Notes: generated from the letters alone by a model not told the origin. A DNA stretch of 64,000 nucleotides from Aquificales bacterium (GCA_027036735.1 JALWDU010000092.1:6788-70787); one strand, 5' to 3'; shown: positions 52,580 to 63,700, counted from the stretch's first letter. Program-made: numbers and translations.

Positions 52580-53698
52580 AGCCTTTTCCTCTTTTTGTTT
52601 CTGTCTATTTGCCCACCACTTTAGGTAGCTCTCTATAAAGCCGTCTATCTCCCCGTCCATTACGCGGTCTATTTGGGTATCCTCGTAACCGGTTCTGAGG
52701 TCTTTAACCAACTGGTAGGGGGTAAACACGTAAGACCTTATTTGGTGTCCCCAACCTATATCGGTCTTTTCCCCTTCATATTGCTTTCTCTTTTCCTCCA
52801 GCTTTTGGAGCTCGAGCTGGTAGAGTTTAGCCTTCAAGATTTTCAGGGCTTTCTGCTTGTTCTGAAACTGGGAGCGCTCGTCCTGGCACTGCACCACTAT
52901 GCCGGTGGGAATGTGGGTAATTCTAACCGCCGTGTCGGTGGTGTTCACATACTGACCGCCCGCACCGCTGGAGCGGAAGGTCTCTATCTTCAAATCTTCG
53001 GGGCGGATTTCCACCTCTATATCCTCGTCTATTTCGGGGGCAACCTGCACCGAGGCGAAGGAGGTGTGCCTGCGCTTGTTCGCGTCGAAGGGCGAAATTC
53101 TAACCAGGCGGTGGACTCCGCTCTCACCCCTTAGGTAGCCGTAGGCGTAAGGTCCCTTTATGTGGAGGGTTGCGCTCTTTATACCGGCCACATCGTCGGG
53201 GGTAATATCCACAACTTCGACGGTGTAGCCTTTCTTTTCAGCCCAGCGGGTGTACATGCGCATGAGCATCTGCGCCCAGTCGCAGGCTTCCGTTCCACCC
53301 GCACCGGCTTGGATGGTGAGGAAGGCGTTTTTCGCGTCCATTTCCCCGCTTAGGTAGGTCTTTATCTCCAGTTTCCCTATTTGGTCCTCTATGCTTTTGA
53401 GTTCCTCCTCGAGGAGGGCGAGGTTTTCCATATCCGTTTCGTCGGTCTCTTCGAGCATCTCCTCCACCCCTTCGAGGGAACTCTCTATATCCCTAAACCC
53501 TTTAAGGGTCTCCTCTATATACTTCCTCCTCTGGAGGACCTCTTTAGCCCTCTTTTGGTCGTTCCAAAAGTCGGACGCCGCCATCTCTTCGTCCAACTTT
53601 CGGAGTTCCTCCTCCAATTTTTCCACGTCGAGGGTCAGTTTTATATCTTCGAAACGCTTTTTGAGGTCTTCCAGAAGTTGTTCGAGCTCGTATTTCAT
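52574..53698 (-). CDS. prfB: peptide chain release factor 2 (uninterrupted ORF)
   Basis: SPF tripeptide (RISPFD) and GGQ (SGAGGQYVN). Confidence 0.92.
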   Translation of the reverse strand: MKYELEQLLEDLKKRFEDIKLTLDVEKLEEELRKLDEEMAASDFWNDQKRAKEVLQRRKYIEETLKGFRDIESSLEGVEEMLEETDETDMENLALLEEELKSIEDQIGKLEIKTYLSGEMDAKNAFLTIQAGAGGTEACDWAQMLMRMYTRWAEKKGYTVEVVDITPDDVAGIKSATLHIKGPYAYGYLRGESGVHRLVRISPFDANKRRHTSFASVQVAPEIDEDIEVEIRPEDLKIETFRSSGAGGQYVNTTDTAVRITHIPTGIVVQCQDERSQFQNKQKALKILKAKLYQLELQKLEEKRKQYEGEKTDIGWGHQIRSYVFTPYQLVKDLRTGYEDTQIDRVMDGEIDGFIESYLKWWANRQKQKEEKAS

Positions 53699-53790
53699 CG
53701 GAAGGTTTAAATTTTAGCCTTCACCGCTCAAGTGGAATGAGAAAGGTAATAATCCTATTTGAGTGAAAGAGGCTTTAAAGTATAACCTCT

Positions 53791-54600
53791 ATGGTTAAAG
53801 TTGCCGTATCGGGCGCGCTCGGAAGGATGGGGAGACGTATCCTCAACATAGCCCACGAAGACCCCCAAGTGCGGATATGCGGTGCTATCGAAAGTCCCCA
53901 AAACGCCCAAAAATATAGCGACCTCGGAGAGGCTCTAAACGACGATAGGTTTAAGGGTATTCCCCTTTCCGACAACGCCGAAGAGATTTTGAAAAACTGC
54001 GACGTTTTAATAGAGTTTGCCAACTCAACCAAAGCCGCCTTGGAGCATACGGAAAAGGCGGTTGGACTCGGCAAGAAGGTGGTTGTGGGAACCACCGGTT
54101 TTTCCAAAGAAGAATTGAAAAAGCTTGAGGAATTGGCTAAGAGGGGCACGGTTCTCTTTTCGCCCAATATGAGTCTGGGGGTCAACCTACTCTTTAGGTT
54201 GGTCGAGATAGCAACCCGCGTTCTAAAGGACAAGGATTTCGATATCGAAATAGGGGAGATTCACCATAGGTTTAAAAAGGATGCCCCTTCGGGGACTGCG
54301 ATGAGGTTAGCCGAAATAGTCGCCAAGGAGCTAGGCGTAGATTTGGAGGAGGCGGCCGTTTACGGGCGTAAGGGACATTACGAGAGGGCTAAAAACGACA
54401 TAGGAATAATGACCTTTAGGGGCGGGGATGTGGTAGGAGAACACACCGTTTACTTCTTCGGCTTCGGCGAGAGGTTGGAACTGACCCACAGGGCTACCAA
54501 CAGGGATATTTTCGCCAAAGGTGCGATTATCGCCGCAAAGTGGATAGCCGACAAGGAACCGGGAAAGCTCTACAACATGTTTGACGTTTTGGGGATTTAA
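53791..54600 (+). CDS. dapB: 4-hydroxy-tetrahydrodipicolinate reductase
   Basis: VKVAVSGALGRMGR..EIHHRFKKDAPSGTA.. Confidence 0.93.
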   Translation: MVKVAVSGALGRMGRRILNIAHEDPQVRICGAIESPQNAQKYSDLGEALNDDRFKGIPLSDNAEEILKNCDVLIEFANSTKAALEHTEKAVGLGKKVVVGTTGFSKEELKKLEELAKRGTVLFSPNMSLGVNLLFRLVEIATRVLKDKDFDIEIGEIHHRFKKDAPSGTAMRLAEIVAKELGVDLEEAAVYGRKGHYERAKNDIGIMTFRGGDVVGEHTVYFFGFGERLELTHRATNRDIFAKGAIIAAKWIADKEPGKLYNMFDVLGI

Positions 54601-54624
54601 AACTTTTCCAATTTTTTTATTCCC

Positions 54625-57600
54625 CTAGAGGAAAAACTCCAACATATTCACCTCGGAAGAGAAAACCAGATTTCCACCCCTTAGGAAGTTTGCATTTACC
54701 TCATCGAAGAGGTGTTTATCCAAATCGGTAATCCCGAAAGGTTTTTCATATTTTTGCCCCCTTTGGGGATGGAAGTTTCCCGTTTCACCCAGAAAGGAGC
54801 TAAGCAGAAACCTCAACTTGGAGGGAATATCCAAATTTACAACTCCATCGGGTGAAAATCCTTCGTAATCCCAGGCGAGGGGAGGGATTAACAAAACCCT
54901 ATCGACCTCCGAAGGGGTTAAGTCGATATGTTCAATTCTCCCCCTTTTGAGTAAATCCTTTAAAGGTTTCAGTCCCAGCGACAGTTTCGGCTCACCCTTC
55001 TCTATCTCCTCCAAGAGTTTTAGGAGATACCTCTTCCTCTCGGGGGTTATTTCGAATTCCGTCCTAACGAGGGAGGTGGAAAGGACAAAATTGTGTCCCT
55101 TCACCGTTAGAAACTCAAAAAATTTCCCATCGGGGAGTTTCAAGTTTAGGAAATCCCTTAGAGTCTTTGCCTTTTGAACCTCCTCAAAGAGTTTGAAAAT
55201 AGAGGCGATACTTTCGGGGGGTAGATTAAACCTAACCCTCAAAAGGGATTCGTCGAGTTCGTTTGCCAAAACAGCCGCCTTATCCCTTACCTCCCCTTTG
55301 GCGGTCTTTTGAATCTGCCACAAGACCCTTTTGGGAGAACTTATCCTCCTCTCAAACTCCTTTAGGGGGTGAAAGACCTTTTCCCTCTGAACCCCTACGG
55401 GGACTACTTTTAAAACACTCTCCCCTTCCGCGGTTCGAATTAAGGTTCCACCGCAGGTAATGGTAAATAGGGAAGACCTCAAAAGGGTTGCCAGTTCAAA
55501 ACTTTTAGCCCTTCGGTGGATAGGGACTCTTTTTCCTTCCCTCTCTAAGGGGAATACGAAAAATATCCTCCTCTTGCCGTCCTCTAAATGTTTTCCTCCT
55601 ACTCGGTCGCGTCCCCTAAAGAGGGCTTGAACCAATTCGGTCAAGTTGTTTTCCACCGAAAAGTCGGGCATAACCGCTATGTAGGTGTCTATAAGGGGAA
55701 AGGTGAGTCCCCGCGAAGCGGAAGAGGTTGCCAAGATTAACCTATACCTTTGAGAGTCCAAATCCTCTTCCCTCTCGCTCAAAGAGTGGATAACCAAAAC
55801 CTCTTCTTCCTCCAATAGTTTTTCCCTTTTGGTCACAACCTCTTTGAGTTTTTCAAGTTGCTTTTTGTCCTGCCAAAAGAGGAAAATCTGCTGGCTTCCC
55901 TTTCGGAGGAAACTTTTAACGAGTTTCACCAAGTAGGGAACGAGTTCCTTGCTTTTGTCCCCAAAGGGGTGAAAGTCGTAAATAATCTCAAGCTCCCCCG
56001 CGGGGAAACCTACCGCATCTATGGCGGTGAAGTTTATTCCCCCTTTAATGGGAACCTTTGCGGTCTGAATCCCTCCCAAATTCTCCACTTTGGGTTGGGT
56101 GTCTATATAAACGACCGGTCTCTCGTCGGTATCCTCCGCAAAGGTTTTAAAGACCTCAAACCCCTTTAGGGAGGCGTCCAAAAGTGCGAAATAAAACCTT
56201 AGGTTTAATTCTTTCTCCGCAACCTCTTGGAGTTGCTTAAACCACTCCTCCCCAACAAAGTGTCTGAAGAGAAACCTACCCGTTTCCGAGCCGGTTATCT
56301 CGTCCATTACAAAGACGATGTCCCCAATGCCGTTGGAGATAAAGCGCTTTTCCAAAAGTCTCTTTAAATCCTTAGGAATTTCCCCACCGAAGGTGGGGCT
56401 TTGGTATTTGTCCAAAAAGAAACTTCTTATATGGTCAAAGGTGCTTCCCCCGTCTTTGCGCTTCACGACCGCTTGGGTGGCAAAGGCTACGAGTATCTCT
56501 TTACCCTTTAGGGGTTTGTTTTCATCCTCCAAAAGGTGGGCTACCGTCTTTAACAACCTGTTTAGGACTCCCCTTTCTCCCAACCTCCGGTCGGAGCTGG
56601 TCGTATAGGTTACCTCCCTAACGGTGGAATACCTTTCATCCTCCTCCGAATGGTTTCCCAACCTTTTGAGCTTTACCTTTCCGAGTTTGGGAATATTCAC
56701 CTCCTCGGGAAGGGAAAAGTTTTCCTCCCTTGAGAGGTAAAAGACCGTATCGGGATGCTCCGATTGGGTGTAGAAGGCAACCATGTTTTTGTTGTTCTTG
56801 CACCACTTTTCTATTAGGGAGGTGTTTAAAAAAGTCCTCGGAGAGGTGTAGAGAATTAGGCTATTTTTCCCAAAGAGTTCAAAAATAGTCGTGGTTTTTC
56901 CTATACCGGGAACCCCCAAATTGGCAACCCAACGGGAGTTTTTCAAAACCTCTCGGAAAACCTTTTTGTGTTTCTTCCTTTTTTCCAAATTCAAACGGTA
57001 TTCCTTACCTATCTTCCAAACCTCTTTTAGGATTAGATGCTCATCGCTATTGGTCTTTAGGGGTTGAATTTCTACCTCTATCCCCTTTACAGGTGAGTTT
57101 AAATTCATAAAAAACTTTTGGAGTTTCCCTGTGTATTCCTCCATAAAGCGGTTTCCGTTTTTATCGCTTCCACTTACGGAGGAATAGATTTCCCTCGCTT
57201 TCCCCAAAAGGTTCAAAACTTCTCTAAGTTCCACCTTTGGGGAAAAACTTATCTGCGAGACCTTGTGGAGTGTTATACCGAATACCCTAAGCACTACGGG
57301 AGTTTTTTCGTCGATTATCCCCTTTTGGAGGAGAAGTTTTAAATACTCCCCCGCGTAGGAGCTAGCCTGAACGAGCTTTGCGACCTCTCTATTCTTCCAC
57401 TCCAAAAGTTGGAAAAATTCCCTTAACCTTTCGGGGTCTTCGGTTTTTAATTCCAATAACTTGTTTAGGAGCTCTTTAAAATTTCCCCCACCCTTTAGGT
57501 TTATCGGTTTGAAAAGATAACCTTGGGCTACCCCTTTAAGGTCGGTGTTGTAAATCCTCGTTAAACCGCTCTGGTATAGGTCGGGGGAGTTTAATAAGTC

Positions 57601-58110
57601 GTATCCCCCAAAGAGGTCGCCTGCGCCGTATAAACTCAAATCCGCAACCGTTATATAGTGCAATTTCTCCTTGATGGTAAAGTGCAAGACTAAATCCACA
57701 TGTAGGAGAGACCCCTTTTCATCTTTAGTGAATTCCCCAGAAAGGTTGCCAAACTTTTCCCCAAACCTTTGGAGGAAAAAGTCTTGGTCGTCCTCAACGG
57801 GGATAGGTTTCCCGTAGTAGAAAAACACCGCCAGATGGATATTTTTCAAATCCTCCAAAAGTTTCTTTCCAAATGTATACCCTTGGGTGAAGTAGGTAAA
57901 TAAAACCCTTGAAAGGGATTGTTTGAAAAGTTCTGTAATCCTCGAATCGGAAAAGATGTTTAACGCATAACCTATAAGGGGATAATTTTCAAATTCCTTC
58001 AACCAATAGGGGTAGAAATTTAGGTTTTCTTTTAAAACCTTTAAAAGTCCGATATTGAAAAGAGACTCGTAGAGGTAGCCGAGTTTTCTTTTTTCTTTAT
58101 TAGAGGACAT
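54625..58110 (-). CDS. large P-loop NTPase / SF1-like helicase with a ~380-aa unknown N-terminal region (1161 aa)
   Basis: Walker A NLGVPGIGKTTT (56890-56916), Walker-B-like VFVMDEIT (~56299-56310), and late motifs ILATSSASRGLTF and LVQALFRGRDR, which resemble SF1 motifs V/VI. No obvious RBS. Confidence 0.72.
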   Translation of the reverse strand: MSSNKEKRKLGYLYESLFNIGLLKVLKENLNFYPYWLKEFENYPLIGYALNIFSDSRITELFKQSLSRVLFTYFTQGYTFGKKLLEDLKNIHLAVFFYYGKPIPVEDDQDFFLQRFGEKFGNLSGEFTKDEKGSLLHVDLVLHFTIKEKLHYITVADLSLYGAGDLFGGYDLLNSPDLYQSGLTRIYNTDLKGVAQGYLFKPINLKGGGNFKELLNKLLELKTEDPERLREFFQLLEWKNREVAKLVQASSYAGEYLKLLLQKGIIDEKTPVVLRVFGITLHKVSQISFSPKVELREVLNLLGKAREIYSSVSGSDKNGNRFMEEYTGKLQKFFMNLNSPVKGIEVEIQPLKTNSDEHLILKEVWKIGKEYRLNLEKRKKHKKVFREVLKNSRWVANLGVPGIGKTTTIFELFGKNSLILYTSPRTFLNTSLIEKWCKNNKNMVAFYTQSEHPDTVFYLSREENFSLPEEVNIPKLGKVKLKRLGNHSEEDERYSTVREVTYTTSSDRRLGERGVLNRLLKTVAHLLEDENKPLKGKEILVAFATQAVVKRKDGGSTFDHIRSFFLDKYQSPTFGGEIPKDLKRLLEKRFISNGIGDIVFVMDEITGSETGRFLFRHFVGEEWFKQLQEVAEKELNLRFYFALLDASLKGFEVFKTFAEDTDERPVVYIDTQPKVENLGGIQTAKVPIKGGINFTAIDAVGFPAGELEIIYDFHPFGDKSKELVPYLVKLVKSFLRKGSQQIFLFWQDKKQLEKLKEVVTKREKLLEEEEVLVIHSLSEREEDLDSQRYRLILATSSASRGLTFPLIDTYIAVMPDFSVENNLTELVQALFRGRDRVGGKHLEDGKRRIFFVFPLEREGKRVPIHRRAKSFELATLLRSSLFTITCGGTLIRTAEGESVLKVVPVGVQREKVFHPLKEFERRISSPKRVLWQIQKTAKGEVRDKAAVLANELDESLLRVRFNLPPESIASIFKLFEEVQKAKTLRDFLNLKLPDGKFFEFLTVKGHNFVLSTSLVRTEFEITPERKRYLLKLLEEIEKGEPKLSLGLKPLKDLLKRGRIEHIDLTPSEVDRVLLIPPLAWDYEGFSPDGVVNLDIPSKLRFLLSSFLGETGNFHPQRGQKYEKPFGITDLDKHLFDEVNANFLRGGNLVFSSEVNMLEFFL

Positions 58111-58164
58111 GGATTAGTTATAGATATATCAAAGGGAAAAAGAAATTTTGAGAAACCTACAATG

Positions 58165-58440
58165 TTATTCGTTTCTATATAAGCTCGCTACACAACTACC
58201 GCAGATATTGATACCAGATAAAACTTGAAGGCTATGAGCTACGGCTATGGCTTCGCTTTTGGATAAATTTTCTAAAAGTTTTATTTTTTTTAACCGACGC
58301 TTTCCTTCAGCATCAGTGGAAGTTATTTTCCAAATGCCCATTTTCTTACAACTCTCTTCATCTATTTTCCCACATAACGCCCATCCATCATCTAAAATAT
58401 GAACCACTCCTGTCTCATAAACACAAAAAGTGTAGCCCAT
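58165..58440 (-). CDS. hypothetical Cys-containing protein (91 aa from ATG; 121 aa from TTG at 58530)
   Basis: The ATG at 58440 has AGGGGG 9 nt upstream. It carries a C-terminal CGSC. Lies in AT-rich DNA. Confidence 0.4.
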   Translation of the reverse strand: MGYTFCVYETGVVHILDDGWALCGKIDEESCKKMGIWKITSTDAEGKRRLKKIKLLENLSKSEAIAVAHSLQVLSGINICGSCVASLYRNE

Positions 58441-58873
58441 TGTTACGTACCCCCTAATAAAATTTGTTTTCCTAACAAGCAATTTATCAAGAAAGTCTTT
58501 TGATATCAATCTTATTTGTATAATCTTCAAATTAACCTAAATTGTTTTAATAGTTATAACCCGCATGGGTGAATCCTTTAAGGAGTTAGGAAAGTGATTT
58601 TTCAATGTTTCTCTACTAATTGTGGATGCTTTAATCATCCAACCATTTGTGAAAGGCTCTTTATCCAAAAATTAGTAGGTATAGGATTACTAACAACCTT
58701 TATAGGTCTAGCATTTAGGATTTTCCTTTATTTGAATAGGAAATAAGCTAACCAATAAGGTTTACTTAACGAATTTTATGCTCTTTATCGCTTTATTTTT
58801 TGGAATGTTAGGTTTGTATGAACTTAGAAGGAAAGGGAAAACTTAGAAGATAATTAAAATAGACATTTGTAAG

Positions 58874-59098
58874 CTATAATCCTTTAAATACCTCGTCCGC
58901 GGGTATACCTTCGGTTTTACCTTCTTCCAGTTTTTTTAAGCGTTCTTTCGCTACTTTGGTGCACCAGATAATCTAAGTAAAAGGTTAAAGCTTTGGCTAT
59001 CAATCTACTTTTTTCTTTCCTAGTTTCTTGGATATTCTCTTAAGCTTTCTGGCTAATTCTTCTTCAAGGGTTATATTTAGTCTTTTATTTAACCACCA
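58874..59098 (-). pseudogene. decayed ribbon-helix-helix (CopG/RelB-type) antitoxin
   Basis: My three-frame reading of the minus strand gives ..RLNITLEEELARKLKRISKKLGKKK / SRLIAKALTFYLDYL.. / ..LKKLEEGKTEGIPADEVFKGL*. The frame breaks sit at homopolymer runs 59009-59014 and 58931-58937, and there is no clean start codon. Confidence 0.5.
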
Positions 59099-59139
59099 TG
59101 AGTGTATATTAAGACAAAATAATTATATTATAAAGAAAA

Positions 59140-59961
59140 TTATTTTAAGGTAAACACATAGTTTATAAAGCTATAAAACTTATTTTTCCATATTGGATTT
59201 TCTATCTTATTATTAGCCCCACACCAAAGAATCATATCGAATAATCGGGGTAAAGGATATCTATAACTGTTTTCGAGATAAGAAGACAAAATAATGTTGT
59301 TTATACGAAAGTTATATACCCAAATATTTAAAGCACTAAAACCTTTTTCATTCGCAGGTAATCCTAGAAGATTCATTATAGGATTATCAAAGGCTATAAA
59401 AATATCAGGTCTAAGATAATGCAAAATTTTCGCTATCATAACAGGTTCATTAATTTGTGCTTTATGAGTTTGAATTAATAAATTTTGAAAATGTAAAAAG
59501 CTATTAATAAAAAACCCTAGATTGGGAATAAACTCAAAAGAAATCACTTTTTGAAGAACCTGAGATATTTGATTAACAGGATTTTTCCACATATTTACAA
59601 AATTTTGAAAATCTCCATTATACCTTCTAATGAAATTTTTATTTTTAAATCTTTTTATTTGCCAACTTAATAAAACTGGTAAAATAGCATCAAAAAAAGT
59701 AAAATTTGAAGTGGTAAGGTTGTTAACATAATTTGAAATAGTATTATTCCATAAATTCCTTTTATCTAGATTGTAATAATTAAAACTTTGTAGAAATCTT
59801 TGTAATGTCTGAATATTTTCTTGCTGTATTTGTTGATTTCTTAGAAGATACAAAAGTTCTTGTGTTAATAAATAATCCTCATCTCCAGTGATACTGGAGT
59901 TTTTAAACCAGTTGACACATACTGTTATAAGGTTTTCTAAATCTTCTAAATTGAATAACAT
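59140..59961 (-). CDS. hypothetical protein (273 aa), very AT-rich, Asn/Ile/Phe-rich
   Basis: Uninterrupted ORF with an ATG start 11 nt after the exonuclease stop. Composition differs clearly from its neighbours. Confidence 0.55.
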   Translation of the reverse strand: MLFNLEDLENLITVCVNWFKNSSITGDEDYLLTQELLYLLRNQQIQQENIQTLQRFLQSFNYYNLDKRNLWNNTISNYVNNLTTSNFTFFDAILPVLLSWQIKRFKNKNFIRRYNGDFQNFVNMWKNPVNQISQVLQKVISFEFIPNLGFFINSFLHFQNLLIQTHKAQINEPVMIAKILHYLRPDIFIAFDNPIMNLLGLPANEKGFSALNIWVYNFRINNIILSSYLENSYRYPLPRLFDMILWCGANNKIENPIWKNKFYSFINYVFTLK

Positions 59962-59972
59962 AATTTTCTATT

Positions 59973-60761
59973 TTAATTTGATTTGTTCAAATTCAAACAC
60001 CCCTTGCACACCCTAATCTCCCTAAAGCGGAAACCTCCGTTTTCCTTCCTCTCGGGGTAAGTTATAACAGCCAATTCCTCTATAGGTTTTTCCATTTCAC
60101 ATTTCTCACAACGGAGGGCAGAAAACTTTTCCACCGCGGAGTGGTTGTTTAGAAACTTATCCATGTAAGGGTTCCAAATAGTTAAAAGTTCAAACTCCGA
60201 GAGGATATCTATTAAATTGTGTTGCGCTATTAGGTTTAAAGGTTCCAAGTTTCCACTACTTCGGTGTTCCTCCCAAAGGTTTTTAACCTCTCCGCTGTCT
60301 ATGTCCCAATCGGAAAAACCGAAGTAGTGGAAAAATCTCGGATGTATCAACTCTCGGAGTTTGGGAGTTTTATGCCACCTCTTTAGGTCTCTTATTTTGT
60401 AGGTGATACCCATTGCGGGTTTCATTATTTCTTTAACCTGCAATTGGATACCTAAATGGGTTCTAAGCCATTCACCTTCAAAGGGGGCGTTGTAGGCGTA
60501 AAACTCCTTTTCCCGTGCAAGTTTTTCTATAAACCTTTTGAGTTTGGAATAAAAATCCTCCTTGCTTAGTTTTTTGGTTCTCAAAAGCACAATTGCGGTT
60601 TTTCCGTAAACGAAGCCTCCGCAAATGATTTCTCCCTTTTGCGGGTTGTAATCGGTGGTTTCGAAGTCCAAAACAACCCCTTCGAAGTTTACTTTTGGGT
60701 GCAACTCCAAAAGGATGTAGTAGAGTCCATCTCCATTTAGTTTGCCGTTTACCAAAACCAT
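59973..60761 (-). CDS. RNase-H-fold DEDDh-type 3'-5' exonuclease with a C-terminal zinc ribbon
   Basis: Exo I VVLDFETTD, Exo II-like FYAYNAPFEGEWL, Exo III AQHNLIDILSEFE (H-x4-D), and C-terminal CEKCE..CKGC. Confidence 0.62.
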   Translation of the reverse strand: MVLVNGKLNGDGLYYILLELHPKVNFEGVVLDFETTDYNPQKGEIICGGFVYGKTAIVLLRTKKLSKEDFYSKLKRFIEKLAREKEFYAYNAPFEGEWLRTHLGIQLQVKEIMKPAMGITYKIRDLKRWHKTPKLRELIHPRFFHYFGFSDWDIDSGEVKNLWEEHRSSGNLEPLNLIAQHNLIDILSEFELLTIWNPYMDKFLNNHSAVEKFSALRCEKCEMEKPIEELAVITYPERKENGGFRFREIRVCKGCLNLNKSN

Positions 60762-60783
60762 TTGTTTTGCTAATTATATTAAT

Positions 60784-63700
60784 ATGGTTTACCAACTAAG
60801 AGAGGAACCCCAAAGGTGTTTAACTCTAAAGGATGAAGTTTTCAAAAAATTTATAGAACTGTTTAAGGAAAAATTGAAAAAGCAATCCTCTTTTAGGAAC
60901 GGGAAAGATATTTTTAATTTTTCCAAAGAGGTGGCGATAGAGTTCGAAAAGAGATTTCCAAAAATATCCGAAGTTTTTAACGGAAAACCCTACGATTGTA
61001 AAAAATTCTTTGAGATTTTTACGGAAAGACAGTTGGCGGAAATAAGAAAACTCTCAAAGGAAATTTCCATAAATGCGGAGTTAAAAACTTTTAAGGAATC
61101 CTTAGAGGAGTATATAAAACAAAACTTTGAACTTTTCAAAAAACGTCTAAAGGCGGAGGGATATACCGAGGAAGAAATAAAGGAAGCTTGGGAGAAAAAT
61201 TTCAAATACTTTGAAGAGTTGATAAAGGAAGATACAACCTACTACACCCGAATAGCCTCTTTGAGGATAAAGGATAAAACGGAAAAACCCAACGAATCCG
61301 ACCCCTACTTTTTGACTTATCTATTGGTGTTTGAATTGGAAAAAAGCTCCCGTTCGGAGGAGTTTAAAAACCTAAAGGAATACCTTTTTAGGGGGAGGAT
61401 TGAGTCGGTTGAGGAAACTCTAAAGGAATTGGTCGCTCAAAAGTGGGAGAGTAATGTTGACGAATTGTTAGCAGACCTCGGTATAGTTGACGAGGCTTTT
61501 GACAACAAATGGGAGGAAAAGAGGGAGGATATTCTTAAAATCGTTGAAGACCTGTTCGATGCAATAGATTCCACCGTAAGGAGCAGAATAGAGGCGGAAC
61601 ACTTTAGGGATTTAATAGAGTTTGCCAAAGAGAGGATTGAAAACGAAAATCTACTGGAAACTTTAAAGGTTATAGAAGAAAACTTAAACCTCTTGAGGGA
61701 AATTTACGAAAATAATCCCGATTTGGGAAACATTCTTGTTGAAGCAATCCCCGTAGGGTTTGAATTTTGGGACAAGATAACCGATTACGCGGTTGAGAAA
61801 GACTTTAGGCACTTCCTATACACCTACAAAATGAAAATTAACGATATTGCGGAGGGGGCTATAGAAAATCACTTGTTAAAACCCAAGTGGGTTAAATTAC
61901 CCGACATAAAAACCCGTGCAGATTACTTTATCGCCCAAGGGATACTTTTTAAGGAAATTGTTAGGAATTTGGATAAGGCTATAGAAGACTTGGGAACAGA
62001 TGCGGTTAAAAAACTTCCCTCTTACCTAAAGGGTTTTATAAAAGCACTCTTCTATTACGGGAAGGCGGATATAGAAACCCTTAAGGGGTTTTATAACTAC
62101 TACGAACAGGTTCAAGTTATAGTCTCCGATTGGTTGGCAAAAAGGAGTGATGAAAGAACCTTTAGCGAAGCGGATAGGGAATTTTTAACCCGAATAGGGG
62201 ATGAAATTGAAAGATTACTCCCACCGTTGGAAGGAAACAAAGAACGATTTGAGGAACTTTACGGATATATAGCTCAAAACCTAATAAAGGAATTTGTTGA
62301 AAAGGTTCTACCCTCCAACGGTAGGGAGCTTTTCGTCGCGGTGGATTTCCCTTCCTTGGCGGGGACTATAAAAAGACTCCTTTCGGAGGAAGAAAAACAA
62401 TCCAAAACCCACATATACAGGGGGCTCTTGAAGGTTTTAACCCAAAAGGAGGAGCTGAAAAATTTTGAATACATCTTTAGGGTAAAAAATGCCGTTCAAA
62501 ACCACTTATTGGATTTGGATAGAGAGGTTTCCCCTAAATTGGAGAAATTGAAACCTATAAAAGACCTGAAAGAGTTTTTTACCTTAACGGCGGAACTATC
62601 GGAGGAAAGAATTCCAAGCAACGGACAAACCTACAAATTGGGATTTATTTTAAGTTTCCTTTTGCTAACCTCACTAATAGCCTCGCGAAGCGGGGGAATT
62701 TTAGAGGGTTTCTCTTTACCCCATTCCACCAACAAGGGCGAGGATTTAAAGATAGACAAATACAGGGATTTACTCTATGCACTTGTAGGGGCTTCGGTTT
62801 TTGCGATAAATTCCGACAAAGTAGCGGCGGTTCAAAACTTTAATTGGAGTAATGTATTTAAAAAAGAACCTTTTAGAAAAGATAAAAATAAAAATCTCTA
62901 CAAGGCTATAAATAACCTTCTAAATACCCGTTTGTTGGTGAACAGTAAAATTAAAAACGGCTTAACCTCCCTCTATTCCAACCTACCCTTTGAGGTTGAA
63001 GGTTTAAACCTAAACCAAAAGATGGCAATTTTGGCGCTTTCCCACCCTGCGAAGGTGGATAAAAACTTAAAAGCCGTTCTGGGGGAAGCCTACATTTTTG
63101 AACCTATCAAGGGAAAGGATTTATTTAATACCTCCAAAGGTGTAAGAGTTTTTAGGAAAACCTTTAGTGGTGTTTACAGCTTTATAGAAAAAGACCAAAA
63201 AGGGGAATTCGCGGATTACAAGACCATTTTGAGTGATTTTCTAAAAACTTTAAAGAAACTCGGGGTGGAAAAGGTCTATTTAATTCCACCTTTACCCATA
63301 TATAGGGGTTTATCAACAAAGGAGGACTTTTTAAGAGAGCTCTATTTCTCCGACCTACTTGCGGAGGTTGGGGAGGAAATTGAAATACCTCTAAGGTTGG
63401 TTTTCTCGAGCTTCGGAATAGTTTATACCCCCGAGCTAAGCAACTTCAAAAGGAGAATAAAGGATTTTCTGAAAAAGGAAGGTTTAATTATTAAAACGGA
63501 CAAGAAAGTAGAAGAAAAGAGGGGAATAATAGCGGTAAACCTGTTTAAAAATATTGAGAAAATAACCCCGCGAAGCGGGGCTATGCCTTTTATAACACCG
63601 AAATTTGCGATAATTCCGCTCTTTTCTATGGAGGAAAGCGTTGAAAAGACCCTATTCCACCACGCATTTATATACTCCGTTCCCAACCACCGACTCTTTG

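Noticed and set aside
53560-53698. Looked for the programmed +1 frameshift site (CUU UGA C) usually found early in prfB
   Set aside because: The RF2 ORF is continuous from its ATG, with no in-frame UGA in the first ~30 codons. A frameshift-less prfB is known from many bacteria, so it is not reported as a finding.
58590-58860. Small Cys-rich or TM peptides in the AT-rich spacer (a ~50-codon GTG ORF at ~58594 and a 22-codon ATG ORF at ~58777)
   Set aside because: They are very short, have no RBS, and AT-rich DNA generates such ORFs easily.
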